The position numbers were made by a program, and so were the translations under genes. DNA of 64,000 nt, from assembly GCF_001194135.2 (NCBI RefSeq), contig NC_068996.1:52817232-52881231 (forward strand), given 5' to 3'. Numbering within the stretch: position 1 is the first letter of the stretch; the number at the start of each line of letters is the position of its first letter. Under the pieces are notes generated by a model, which saw only the letters and a program-made list of their open reading frames with translations, was not told the origin of the DNA and did not search any database. Shown here one piece after another: positions 24,888 to 38,100 of this stretch. The stretch is from Octopus bimaculoides. Its lineage: Eukaryota.

Positions 24888-27188
24888 CATGAACAACTAC
24901 AAGTCATAAGTCTAAGATAACAAGTTAACTTGTGCATCATAACAGGGGTGCCCCCACTGAAATAGTTGGAAGGGAAAATAACTTAAAAACAACTAAAATG
25001 GAAAAACAAAACCCCATAAAAGTCAAACTTTTTCAAGCAAGGGACGTGTCCATCTGCATTGAGTTGTATGAGAGAATGTGTGTATCAGTGAGTGTAATGA
25101 GTGTGTTCGTCTGGCTATTAAGGAGACAGGCTATATTGTCCATATTTGGTCAAACTCACTCAACAATTGTATTTAGAAATACAGTAGCAGGACTGCCATT
25201 GTCCTTAACAGTAATAATAATCACCATATACATATGTACACACACACACGCACACACAGAACTGGTATTAATTTACTAAGGATATCTAAATGTTTATTTA
25301 TATATGTATGTACATATATGTATATATTTATACAGACACACACAAGCACTCACACACTCATACACACACATGAATAATAATATAATAATCTAATTTTGCC
25401 AATATAAGGGCAGTAGAAAAAGGTCATGACAACAATCAATTTCAGTGACGGGCTTCCCATTCATTAGTGTAACTTTAACCTTTAAAATAATTCTCCCAAA
25501 TTTACACTGTTTTCCAAGGGACCTCTAAATGAATACAGACAACATCCATCATACACTGTATAAGGCCCAAACAATAAAAAGAGAGGAAAAAATTAAAATG
25601 AGATTAAAGGAGGAGAAATAAGCTTATATAAGTGAACATTAGGATAAATAGTCAAAACAAAATGTTAATGCTATGAATTAGATAACAATATTAATGGAAT
25701 CTTTCAAATAAACAGAGGGCTACTGACTTGGAATGAAGTTATTTAAAAGACCCATTTCAAAATTAGTGACAACCAACAATCCTAACTCGGAAAAATGTTG
25801 GAGAACAACAAGAAAAATATATATATATTATATATATATATATAAACATAAAGGATTTTTTATTTTATTTTTTTTTCTGGTAATTTTCTCATACAAAACA
25901 AGACTTGAATATTTATTACAGCGGCATATTTTTGATTTCAAGTTTTATTTTGTTGAGAATTGAAGAAAAAAAAAAAAAATAAACAACCCAGAAGTGAAAT
26001 ATACAGATGAATAAAAAAAAAAATAATAAAGGATAAAATGAAAATCAGATAAGAGATTTCAAATTGATTTTGCTGCTTATTTGGAGGGAGAGATTTGTGT
26101 AATATCTGTGAGATTTCTGGGCAACAGCCAAAATGATAAAAGGGAAATTAAACTTTCTTTTGGAAAAAGGGAAACAAAGAAAGGCTCTGTTATAATAAAA
26201 AGGAACAGAGAAAGATAGATTAAATGAAGAGGAAGTGTGAATATAGCTTTCCTGCTGTATTAGGCATTAAGCAACCATCTTGGCTGATAGGTCTTTTCTC
26301 ACTATCTCCTCAAGCAGTGTTGACTTATTAAGAAATACTTAACATGTATGAAAGTGAAAAGGAAGCATTTAAAGGCTTCATTAGATGGTTTGGGTTTTTT
26401 TTTTTGTTGCTCTCTCTCTCTTTCTCTCTCTCGCTCTCTCTCTCATCAGTAATCTATAAGAGCTAAATAGATTTGGAAACTGATTATCTTTTATATAAAA
26501 GATACAGAGCCCATTTGTTTTTCTCCAATATTTTTTTTTTCTTTTTTATTATTTTTTAAAATTTTCATAAAGGTAGTGAATTGCTTGATGAATTTAATCT
26601 GCACCAGATTTCGGCTGAGAGCTGTACACATCTCACACCATCAACTGGTGTACTGAGTAGATCTGGTTCCCATTTCAGCAGCTTATAGAGTTAAACATTA
26701 AAAAGGAAGTCAGAGAGGATAATTAACAGAAGTTAATTGATAAATACAAATAAATAATCCAAGGCTCCTAAAAGAGTGTACTTTTCTTTCATAACAAGAC
26801 AGGTAAGTTGGTTTGTGTAAGTAGACTAAACAAAAACACCAACCAAGTGCTGCCAGTAGGTCTTCCTCACATTCATATACAGATATACAAAGGGAAGGGG
26901 GAATCATTGGTGGTTTTGGGTTTTTTTTTCTTTTTTTTTTTTTCGAGATTCAGATTGCATCATGAAGCATTGACACAAGCTACAGTTAGGAATTTGAAAC
27001 AATTTAAACAAATAAAAAATAATTGAAGAGAGATTTCATTCAAAATTTTATTTTCAAACAGCCTATAAAGTATATCTTAATAGTTCAGGATTTTTTTACG
27101 TTTTTAATTTTTAACCACAATTTTATTAAATTAAGAGGTATGGAAGCTGCTAGGAAATCCACCATACACTAATTTAAAGAGTTTACTT

Positions 27189-27220
<32 letters not shown>

Positions 27221-28483
27221 CTCTTATTTCATCATCAAAGTAAGAGAATACTATTTTAAGATTGTGTTGTACATCATGAACAAGTATTTTGAGCCATACT
27301 TGTGTAAATATCTAATTACACTGAAGAATAATTGCAACTGCCAAAAACAGGTAAGGACAAAAATAAAAGGGGGGAGGGGAATGAATAAGGGGAGGAGAGG
27401 GAAAAATTGACTTTACAGAAACTATTTACATGAAGGGAAAATTAATTTAGAAAATAAATTAATGGCAATAGCAGCACTATAAAACAATATTTATGTGGAA
27501 ATAAATAATGTTAGTGTCCAGGTTTATGACAGCACATTCATCATTGATTTAAATACATGAGCCAATAGATATCTAAGTTATTTCTTAAGCTATCAGAAAA
27601 GAATTGGCTAAAATAATTTCAGTTATATGACTAATATGGAAAAATAACCCCATTTCAACCACATACACCAGCAGTGTTTACAAATTGCTGTGATAGATCA
27701 TATACTAACCAAATGAAATATTCAATATATATTTTTTAATGGTGATATTATAACTAACACACCATTTTTAAGTGGATTTTATTTTATACATAAATTATTT
27801 ATTTTATTTATTTTGTTTATTTTATGTTTTTTTTACAATTTTATTTATACAAATTTTCACAAACTATAATTAAATACATTAAAAGCCAGCTTAGTGGCTT
27901 CTCTTTACTATGTTGTGAGTGGGCATAGCATGGTTGTGCCAGAGAAATGTAAGGTATTAGGAGAGGATAGGTATCTGGAGAGCAAGGAGAAGGAATGCAG
28001 GCATACATGCAGATAATGCACAGAAGTGTGAGAGAAAACAAAATGATGAGAGAAATAATGGAAAGACGACACATGCAGCAACATAGATACACCATAGAGT
28101 TCCTAAAACATTCACAGAAGGGGAGGGGCAGGGAGATCTCAGATAACAATTGCAAATTACATTAACATATCCATAATTATTATATTAGTAATACTTCTGA
28201 GAGTATAAACATAAGTATACATCTCTACAAAATTCATACACATTAACATATACACAATACATACACAAGCTAACACCCACACATACATACACACATTGAA
28301 GAGCAGAACAAATATATAAAGCCCACAAATGTGTACAGAGTATACACCCACCCTTACTACGTCCAGCCTTGACAAAAAAAACATTCATCCAACCATCTGA
28401 CCCACCCTTCCCCCCACTCCCTACAAATCTACACTAAATATGTTGCTTTGGTCAAAAGAGTCCTGCTGCTGGAGCCAGATGCT

Positions 28484-28509
28484 TCACTTATTTTCATTCA
28501 CTTGCCAAA
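28484..28509 (-). CDS. Syb: Syb alternative terminal exon 3, coding part (V)WQVNENK*
   Basis: ttcttttttttttctcttttcttaaatttcag|tt tgg caa gtg aat gaa aat aag tga; very strong acceptor, followed by about 3.6 kb nearly free of dispersed repeats. Confidence 0.78.
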
Positions 28510-29137
28510 CTGAAATTTAAGAAAAGAGAAAAAAAAAGAAAACATCAATGTATGTGCACACATACATACATACATACATACACACACATATATATATATA
28601 CATATACATACACAAAATCAAAACATGCTATGTTAAAGCGTATTTTTAAAACTAGTTTCATGAATCAAATATACACACACACACGAGGTATAGGTAGTAT
28701 TTGTGGACAATTATCAATACATTACTCTCTTCAAACCAATTAAAAGGATTTTCCTATGGCAGACAAAATACAAGAAATGAAAGTCATTATTGCCATGTGT
28801 GTATGTGAGAAACAACATTTTATATGTTGCAAGATCTTTGGTATACAAAGTTCAGATGGAATTGGAAGCCCCTCATGAGAATGTTTAGGGGTCCCCCCTC
28901 CTTCTTTGATACACTTCATTCTCAATGAACTATCAGGAAACAGTAACTCATCCAACCTTATTGATATGGATCCCAGAAAATCAATAAGGGCCATCACCAA
29001 AGAACTTCTGGTGTCAGAGTGGACATTCAATACAAGTCGTCTGTATTGAGGGGAGACCAATTCTGCAAAGACACAGAAACCCATTTGATCCATGCCAAGA
29101 TTAAAACCCCTCCACAAACATGGCATGCTTTGGTTCA

Positions 29138-29151
29138 TCAAGACCCAAAAT
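29138..29151 (-). CDS. Candidate Syb terminal exon, (D)FGS*
   Basis: ccatctctcatttctcttgttag|at ttt ggg tct tga; good acceptor but lacks the V-W signature. Confidence 0.35.
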
Positions 29152-30191
29152 CTAACAAGAGAAATGAGAGATGGCTATGTACAGATGCTTCTGATGTCCT
29201 CAGAGTTTGTAGAAATTGTGATGGCTTTAGGAATGGTGAGTAAAGAAGATCATATCATATCTTTCCACAGGGTCTCAGTGTTTTTATGATAATGTAACAC
29301 CAAATTTGCTATGGACTGCTACGTCTGGTGTGTTGTTTAAAGGGAGACTAATCAACATTCTCACAATACACATTTGCACTCATATGACAAAGAGAATGTG
29401 AGAGAGACTGCAAGCAGACAGGAAAACATTCTACTATGTAAAATTGAATTTCTTTTAACTTACTTTTATCAAAATGCTACATAGCTAACTAAATATAAAA
29501 CATAGATTGCTCCAACCATAATTATGTATATTACAACATTTCAATGAAATCTATTAATTATTAAATTTATAAAGCATGTCCTTCAATCAAATACACATGG
29601 AAACATTAAAATTCTTTTAAAATATTTTACATAGTAGCATTTATATCTTAGTAGAGTTAGAAAGAAGAAATAATAACATCTTTAATAGCAATAATTGAAC
29701 AGTGATGGAGCAATTTTAACTTCATAACTTTGAAAGAAGTGGGTATTAAAGTTTAACAGTACAGGAAATTTAACCTTCTGTAATAACATTAAAAATATTA
29801 AGGTAAATAAAAATGTACACTATCAAAATGAAGCTTAAATGTTCAGACATTAATAAGCACCAAGGCACATTCTAATATGAGTGGTGCATGGCAGCACGGA
29901 TACAGCACCATACAGTTGAAATTCTGTTGTAGATGATTTTACACCTTCACGGAATCAATAAAACCAGTATTAAGAGTATACTGAAAGTTCCTCAACAATT
30001 TCCTTCTGCTATAAACCAATAAGTTTGTTTCAATGTGTATTGTAGCTTATTTTACAAAATTAATGTTTTGGTTTACTTGGAGATTTACATATTCTGAAGC
30101 CACCACCAAAGTATTTCAAACCTATGCTTCAAAACCATTTAAACACCAAATTACTAATCTATTAGTAATCACAGATCTCAATACTGTATCA

Positions 30192-30229
<38 letters not shown>

Positions 30230-30754
30230 AGCTTAACAATCTAAAACTTTTCTTGAAATATTTTAACAAATATTTTGCAGAATCTTTCACTGCAAAACAA
30301 TTCCTTACTACTTAAGGTCTGCATAATTCTCTTGTATATAGTGAACACTGTTTTAGCTGTTCAGTTACACTCTCTGATCACTTGCATTCAGTTAGTCCAT
30401 CTTCACCATTCCATGCATCATGCTAAATTTACTCCTGCTGTTATACAATATCACATTCTGCACTCCTGTTTATCATTGTTACAAAAAGTAAAAGTGTCCA
30501 CTAAATATATAGATTCCATAAAACTTACCAGGGTTCTCATATAAACAATTTTAGAACACTGAATTAAATGAAGGCTATGTTATTGTTAGGTAACTAGTCT
30601 CCAGAAGTAAGAGAAATAAATATTTGAAAATATGCACAAGTGCACAGAAATCACAATATATGTAAGTCCTGAAGAAATATCTGTACATTTCAAACTATAT
30701 CAATTACATAAATGTTTAAAATGAACCTGTTCTATCACATAACCCATTAGGATT

Positions 30755-30800
<46 letters not shown>

Positions 30801-30863
30801 AAAACATATCAGGAAAGAAACATACTCTAAAGAATAGAGAAATAATTGTTACAACAAAATTTT

Positions 30864-31218
30864 AATTCTGGTCATAGAGTTACCAAAAGTTTCGTATCTG
30901 CCAAAGTCAAAGCCTTGTGGACAGCTTGTCAGACTATACAAAAACGAATTTAAACTTTCTACCATGCGGACATGAGGAAACACTCAGATATCAAGATTTA
31001 AGGCCCAATGTATAAACATGTTAATGAGGATGAGTTGTCTTCTCTGGACCACATGATAAAACAACCCTTAGAGACCCAAAAAGGCCTTATCAGCAAACAG
31101 GGAGATCAGATTTTCCAGCAGACAGCGCCGCTTGAAGTGGACATGTTTAGAGTTTTTTTTGTCTTTGTATTGAGTCTGACGAGCTGTCCACAAGGCTTTG
31201 GCAACTATGACCAGAATT
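30864..31218. mobile_element. MITE-like inverted repeat within the Syb 3' region
   Basis: aattctggtcatag...aaagccttgtggacagcttgtcagact is inverted as agtctgacgagctgtccacaaggcttt...ctatgaccagaatt. Confidence 0.85.
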
Positions 31219-31411
31219 TATATATATATATATATATATATGGCAATATTTAACATCGAGATGTTAACAAAGACAGGAAATAGAATAAAAACAATTTGTT
31301 TTGCACAAGAAAAAAATTGTTGATGCAAAATAAATATTGGAATCAATATTTCCATGTACTCAACTGCAGATTACTAAATTTTAATTATTGTGGCTAGACA
31401 CTATTCAAAAT

Positions 31412-31817
31412 CAAAAAGGAAATAATTCACCATCACTAAAAAGTGACCAAGGGTGCAGGGAACACCAGCATTGCTAGAAATAAGAGTCAAAGACTCTTTA
31501 GCCACAAAAGCATATGTTCTATGTACTGACAAGGGAGACAACCTCCATCCTTCAAGGGCATTAGATTGGCAAACCAATTTTGCATGAAAATTTAATGCTT
31601 ATCAGTAACACTCCGTTGTGGGTGATGAAGCTGAAATTTCAGCAGTCAGTATTTATAGCATTTACCATAGGAATCAGTGGCTGATCCAGCAAAATGGTAA
31701 TGTGAAAATTATAAAATAACTAAGGTGGCTGGACACAATTTAAAACCAAAAAGGAAATAATTCACCATCACTAAAAAGTGACCAAGGGTTCAGGGAGCAC
31801 TAGCATTGCTAGAAATA
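31412..31817. repeat. 71-bp direct duplication (31412-31482 and 31747-31817)
   Basis: caaaaaggaaataattcaccatcactaaaaagtgaccaagggt.caggga.cac.agcattgctagaaata twice, 3 mismatches by eye. Confidence 0.9.
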
Positions 31818-33727
31818 TATGAAAAGGCATGATTCTCAAGCTTGTATGAGAAGCTGCTACATAAAAGCCATATCAGAATAGCTGATACAAAAACTCATTC
31901 ACTTTACTGTAGCACATCATGAACAATAGGATTTCAGTATTACCTGGAAAGCATTAAATGTACATAACTGTTTCTCCAATAAAAGATGGAAAATTTTGAC
32001 TTTACAAAAAAAAGGCTTACTGTGTAAACCCCAACATTAGTAGTCCTACTGAAACAGTTCTATTACATGCAGGTAGTTAGCTGAAAAACTTAGATGCAAT
32101 ACACAAATCCTTCTTCTTAGTCCATACCGTGTCTCCATCTAGCCGACGATGAGCAGTGTCAAGGAGAATGATGAGAGGATGTGAGTGTTATATCACACGA
32201 GACTGTGTATTTTGATGAAATTTACATACAGACCAAAGAGTGCAGATGAAAGAATGGATTTTCAAAGAAACTGCTACATGGTAACTCACACTGCCAAATC
32301 TTTATCCAGTTTTTAAACAGCAGTATATCAACAGTGACTGTACATTGCTCAGTATATATTAAATATACAAGATAGAAAGACTGCTTCAATACTGGACCAG
32401 AAACACTGACATGCTTGTACTAAATAGCTCTTATTTCTTTAATTATATCATTTAAATATTTTGCATGAGGAAGCATGTTTAAATTGTTGCACTTGTCAGT
32501 ACTTCAACTATTTACAAGTAATTCTGGCATTGTTTTTGCTGACAGATCTTACTTTGTTTGAAATAAGGAGCTTTATCTCAATAACATTTTTAAAAACTCT
32601 ATAAAAAAAACTCACTACTACTTTTCCACTCAGTTATTCTGACTTAATTTCAAAATTTTGAATTAGCGGATACCAGAAGTCGTCACCAAACACCAGCTGA
32701 TTTACAAAATTCAACATTATAATAACTTTGCCTACATTAACAGTAGCCGATGTAACAATTGTTATAATTTACATCTTATTTTTTCTAATGTATTCCACGA
32801 AACACCATACATGATTAATCAATGTTACATATCATCTTTCTTTTCAAAATCAATATTCTTAGGAAATATCACTTTCTCCCATAAAGTCCTTATTAATGTA
32901 ATGTACCTTTACAATTTCCAAATAATTAATCTAAAGAGGACTCTTACATAAGAATTCCTTATTTACTTACTATGTATATAAGATATTTAACTCACTGAAT
33001 TATAGAATAAAAATTGTCAATTCACAACCCTTCAAATGTTAGAAAACTAACAAATACCTCACATGCACATATCATTTCTGTTTTTTAAAATTAGAAAAAA
33101 AACTCCCATCTCAGTCATCATTTCACCTACAATCCCTAACTTTCACATGTCTGAAATAACTATTTTTAAATATTTGCTCTAGTTACTTCAATTGTAAACA
33201 CATTCCACTTTTAATTTACAAAATGCTTTTATTCTCAACACACCATACTAGTTTTAATAACAATTCTTCAGTTCTAAAACATTAAATCAAATTGTAATTA
33301 ATGAAGTATATTTGCATTTTGATACAATTATAAGTGATATAAAAAAAGATAAAGCAACACTGTTAAGAAACAATATGAAATAATATTTGAACCTCATAAT
33401 TCTGAAAAACTGCATCATTATCCCAAATAAAAACTAATACTTGCACTGCTTTACCATTAAATTAGATTCTTAATGGAAATAGTAAATTGTATTTTGTTGG
33501 CTAAAGGCTTTATCTAAAGTAATAGTATAGATAATGATTTGAACAATCCTTAAAACTCAGTAAGATGATGAACTTTCATACACAATTCAAAAAATAAGAC
33601 TGACAAAAAGAAAAAACAAAAGAACTAAAAAAAACAACCCACATACACACAAGTATAAAATAATAAAATTGGACCATTAAAATAATTACAAAAATCACAA
33701 CATCAAAAGAATGAAAATAATCTACCA

Positions 33728-33753
33728 TTAGCCATATTTGTTGGCTACCCAGA
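33728..33753 (-). CDS. Syb: Syb alternative terminal exon 2, coding part (V)WVANKYG*
   Basis: ttttcatttctcttctctcatttgccatgcag|tc tgg gta gcc aac aaa tat ggc taa. Confidence 0.75.
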
Positions 33754-36700
33754 CTGCATGGCAAATGAGAGAAGAGAAATGAAAATAACTTTAGTATAAA
33801 ATCCGTCAAAGGATAAGATTAGTAAAAAGAAATTGGAATAAATTTAGTTCTATTACTGTTATTAATAATTATAATTAGGGAAATTCAATTAAATAAGCAT
33901 TTAATTTTGAAGTCATATAGTAAATGTCTTTAAATCTTAAGTTGTGATTTTTGATTAAGTATTTGACTAAAATGAGAATTATGCAAATTGATGAATACAA
34001 AACTGTAAAATGTTCAATTTTGAAGAAAATATATTAAACTATTATCAACTTTACAAGACCATAATCTAATAGTTTCCATTTGTAATGCAAAGCTATAAAA
34101 CTTTAAGATGAATGAGAATATGAAGATACATATCGTGATGCATTCAAACAATGCTACATTTAAAATAACTTTACACAACATCTAAAAGAAAACACACACA
34201 AACATACATAAATAGTATTCAAGAAGTGGACTTAGTGCACATTACACAACAAATTGAAATGCATGCACCATATTAAAAATCTGAAAAGGCTATTTTAAGA
34301 GGAATTATGTGAAAGTGTAAAGATAAATGATAAATTTAAAGAATTATGTATAATCCGATATTCTATAGTTCCCTAAAATTTAAATCTACAAGTTTTTCAC
34401 CGATTGTAAAATGTAGATTTCAAATTCTATCATTAGCGTTCGGCTTTGACAAGAAATATTTTAAATACATAGCATTTAAGTCGTTACTTATAAATTGAAC
34501 ATAAAAGAATTAATGAATACACATTTTACAAATTAATGTTATGTATATATTTAGAATTCTTTTAAATTTTTAAATGTTCAGTTTGTATAGTAAAAGTGGT
34601 GTAATGAATTCATAAAAATAATTAGAAAGTAATTATGGATATAGATTTACTCAAAAGCCCAAAATATATCCTGTACCAGCCCATCTTTATAACTTTCCTG
34701 AAATTATTTCTTGCAGCAATATAAACTATTCTGGCTTCACTTCAGATATACACCAACTGTTTACTATAACTGAACATAGCTACTTTTGTTTCAACAGGCA
34801 CAAAAGCAGATTGCCAGATAACTAATGAGCTTTAAAAGATATTAGTGGTCCTATAGATGATGTTAAGAGTGCAAAACTCTCAGTACATATTCCTCTAGCA
34901 TCTTTAAACTCTACAGATATTCATCCCAGAAGAAACAATATTTTAAAGATTTTTCAAACATGTAGATGCACATAGTTTCAACTTCAAATAAACTGAAATG
35001 ATTTACATTATGAGTTTCTTAAAGTTCTTTCATTTCAAGATAATTTGTACGGGAAATAAAGATAAGGTAGAAAGTACAATTAACATTAATATGTTTTGAG
35101 CGTGGCCGTTGCCAGTACCACCTGACTGACCCTTGTGCCAGTGGCACGTAAAAGCACCCACTACACTCTCGGAGTGGTTGGCATTAGGAAGGGCATCCAG
35201 CTGTAGAAACTCTGCCAAATCAGATTGGAGCCTGGTGTAGCCATCTGGTTTCACCAGTCCTCAGTCAAATCGTCCAACCCATGCTAGCATGGAAAGCGGA
35301 CTTTAAACGATGATGATAATGTTCCATAACAGGCTCAAACAAAACAGATACGAGGCTTTAATTAAGACCACATTAGAGAGAGAAACCCGATTCAGGGCTC
35401 CTCATTTGAGTGAATTTTTTAGCAATATGATTAAGTGTGCTACATGGAAAGACATACTGTATACATAAAAACCTTACTAGAAACTACCTGTTCAAAACCC
35501 AAGACTTCTGGTTAGAATAGAATACATACTGGTAAACTGCCTGATTGGAAAATTGCTAACAAATCTTTTAGAGCTTCAAGTGATGCATTCTATAGACTGT
35601 GTGGAATTTAACATAGGCAGTACTGTGCATGAACAGAAACACACGTGTATGTGTGTGCGCGTGCATGCGTGTGTGTATGCATGAGGGAATTAATAGACAA
35701 AGTGTTTTTACTCTAAGCATGAATCTAGATTCTACAACAGGTCATTAAATGAGTTCAGATATTTTTTTGTTTCTCCAACAACTTTGCGTGAATCGTTTAA
35801 AACTTAATCTGAGATCTGACGAATTGCTGTATCAAGGACAGGTTAATATTGCAAGTATCTGAAACACTACAATAAATACGAGAGAAAATGAAGGGCTTAA
35901 GCTAAACGAATGAAGTCTTAACATTCAGACATCTCAGTCAAATGTAATACTGACTTATTTATATTGCTTTTAATTAATCACACAGTAATCTGATTATTTT
36001 AAGATAACACTAATGATAAGGTTAAAAGCAAGAGGCCATAAAACCAGTAGAATATTTGGGAGGGATATATCTAGTTTGTGGAGGTGCATGGTTTAGTGGC
36101 TAGTGTTGGATTCATGATCATGAGATTGCGGTTTCAATTCCTGGATTGGGTGATGCGTTGTGTTCTTGAGTAAAACATTTCATTTCACGTTGCTCCAGTC
36201 CCCTCAGCTGCCAAAAACGAGTGATACTGTGACAGACTGGCATCCAGTCTAAGGAGGAATTATATTCAGAGAAACTGGCTTTATGCTCCTTGTGGAGTAA
36301 TGAGGACTAACCAACCTATAGCTAGTTTAAATTCAAAAAGTTTAAACAAAAATTATTTTTTCTTACAATGAATAAACTAATATTATATTTAATTATTGTT
36401 CAATATTAATCAGAAAGACAAAGTTTTGAAAATGTATATTTCACAGCAATGATACAATTCAAGGGAAAAGATTTTTGGTATCTAAAATAATTAGAACTCT
36501 GACAAGTCATTTCAAGGAAACTTGTGCAAAACCGAGATAAAGAGATGAGGAACATCATTCTTTATTATGTTTAAAAGGGGTAAAATCCAATACTTTATAG
36601 AATTGGAGTCTAAGTAATTGGTAGCTTGTGTTAGATTCCTATAAGGGCTGATTTAACCCGTGGCTAAGAACTAATAAGATGAATATTTGATCAACTGCAC

Positions 36701-38083
36701 CAATATGTTCCACCAAGTGTTATAGATCAGACTAGTTATTGCTTTTGTTTCACTTCCAGGACAAAAGAATATAATATCCCTAGAAACAATATTTTGGGAA
36801 AAAGAAAACCAACGAAACTATTAAAATGGTAAACTTTCACATGGTCATTCAACCTGCTAAAATTATAGCCAACCGTAATCTCAACTCTTTAGTATTCAGG
36901 TTACTCTCTCAAACGTAATGCTTATTTATCCACAGAGTTTTCAATTAATCATGCATTATCTTGTAGAGATTTTCATGGTGCGACTGCTTATTTTTAGAAT
37001 GACATTGAAGGATAGGTGTGAGAGGCCAGATCAGGCTAGTTTTAACATAAAAATGGTAAAACATTTATGCTGGATATGGCTCAGTTTGAATGTTAAAGAG
37101 TTAAATCACACTTTACTGCCTTAAATGATTTAGGCCAAGAACTGTCATTGGATTAGATCATTAAATACTAATTTAAACACTAAAATAGACCAAATAAGCA
37201 TACTAATACTTAAGGTCTCCTACCTTAAAAAAGAGGCAACGTGTTTTGATAAACAACTTATGTTGAATATATTAGAATATCTAAAAATAATATATTTCTA
37301 AAAAATCAGTCAATGAAAATCAATACCAGAATTCTAAATTCAAATAGATAAATCACTAAATAGAACTAAAATCTAACATCTACAATCACAAAGTAACATA
37401 AAAAATCTGACATCTACACAAAGGATTATGGGAAATTTCGCCGTAAATATTTTTGCTGTTGGAAAATTAGTCATAAGAAATTTCGTTAATGACTTTACAG
37501 TTTTTTAATGTTTGACATTAAAAATTTGCCTATTAATGCTTTTACAAAACAATGATTTATTTATTTAACAAAATGCTGATATAATTTTCCATACAGTGAA
37601 TTTGTTTTAGGGCGAATTTTTTCAACACATACAAGAAGCTAACTTTTAAAAGGTAAAACAGTAAGAAATTCCTACATTTTACTCCCTACAACCATCAAAA
37701 ATAAAATTAAAAAATGCATATACAGTCAAAATCTCTTAGCAAAAATGAAAGCCACAAAATAAAAATGCCTAAAAAATGATAAAGATTAATTTTTCTTGGT
37801 GTGTGTATGTGTGTGTGCACGCGCATGCATGCACAAGCAATTTTGAAATATCTTTATGAATTTAAGTGCAACAATTAGGAAAATTCCTGTGCTAAAAAAA
37901 AAAAACACAAAAAACATCCTAACAGCAGAAAACCAATACACACAGTAGAACTACACTTGAATCTCGGACAAAACATCTACCTGTATAGACAACATGTACA
38001 ACATCTAATGAATACCAAGATTGTGTTGGATAGTGCAATATATTCATAAGACAAGAAATTTGAGCTTACACATCGCAAAGTAT

Positions 38084-38100
38084 TTATGCGAACACCCAGA
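38084..38100 (-). CDS. Syb: Syb alternative terminal exon 1, coding part (V)WVFA*
   Basis: ctatttctttgtcttcctacctatgacag|tc tgg gtg ttc gca taa; strong pyrimidine tract; the phase-1 G from the TM exon completes Val. Confidence 0.7.

Noticed and set aside
28740-29141. 133-aa minus-strand ORF
   Set aside because: No recognisable family; it lies in the Syb 3' region and is not in the frame given by the 29151 acceptor. Probably chance, though ribosome profiling could test it.
33215-33248. Possible fourth V-W tail, (V)WCVENKSIL*
   Set aside because: It resembles the other tails, but the acceptor (ttattaaaactag) has almost no pyrimidine tract.
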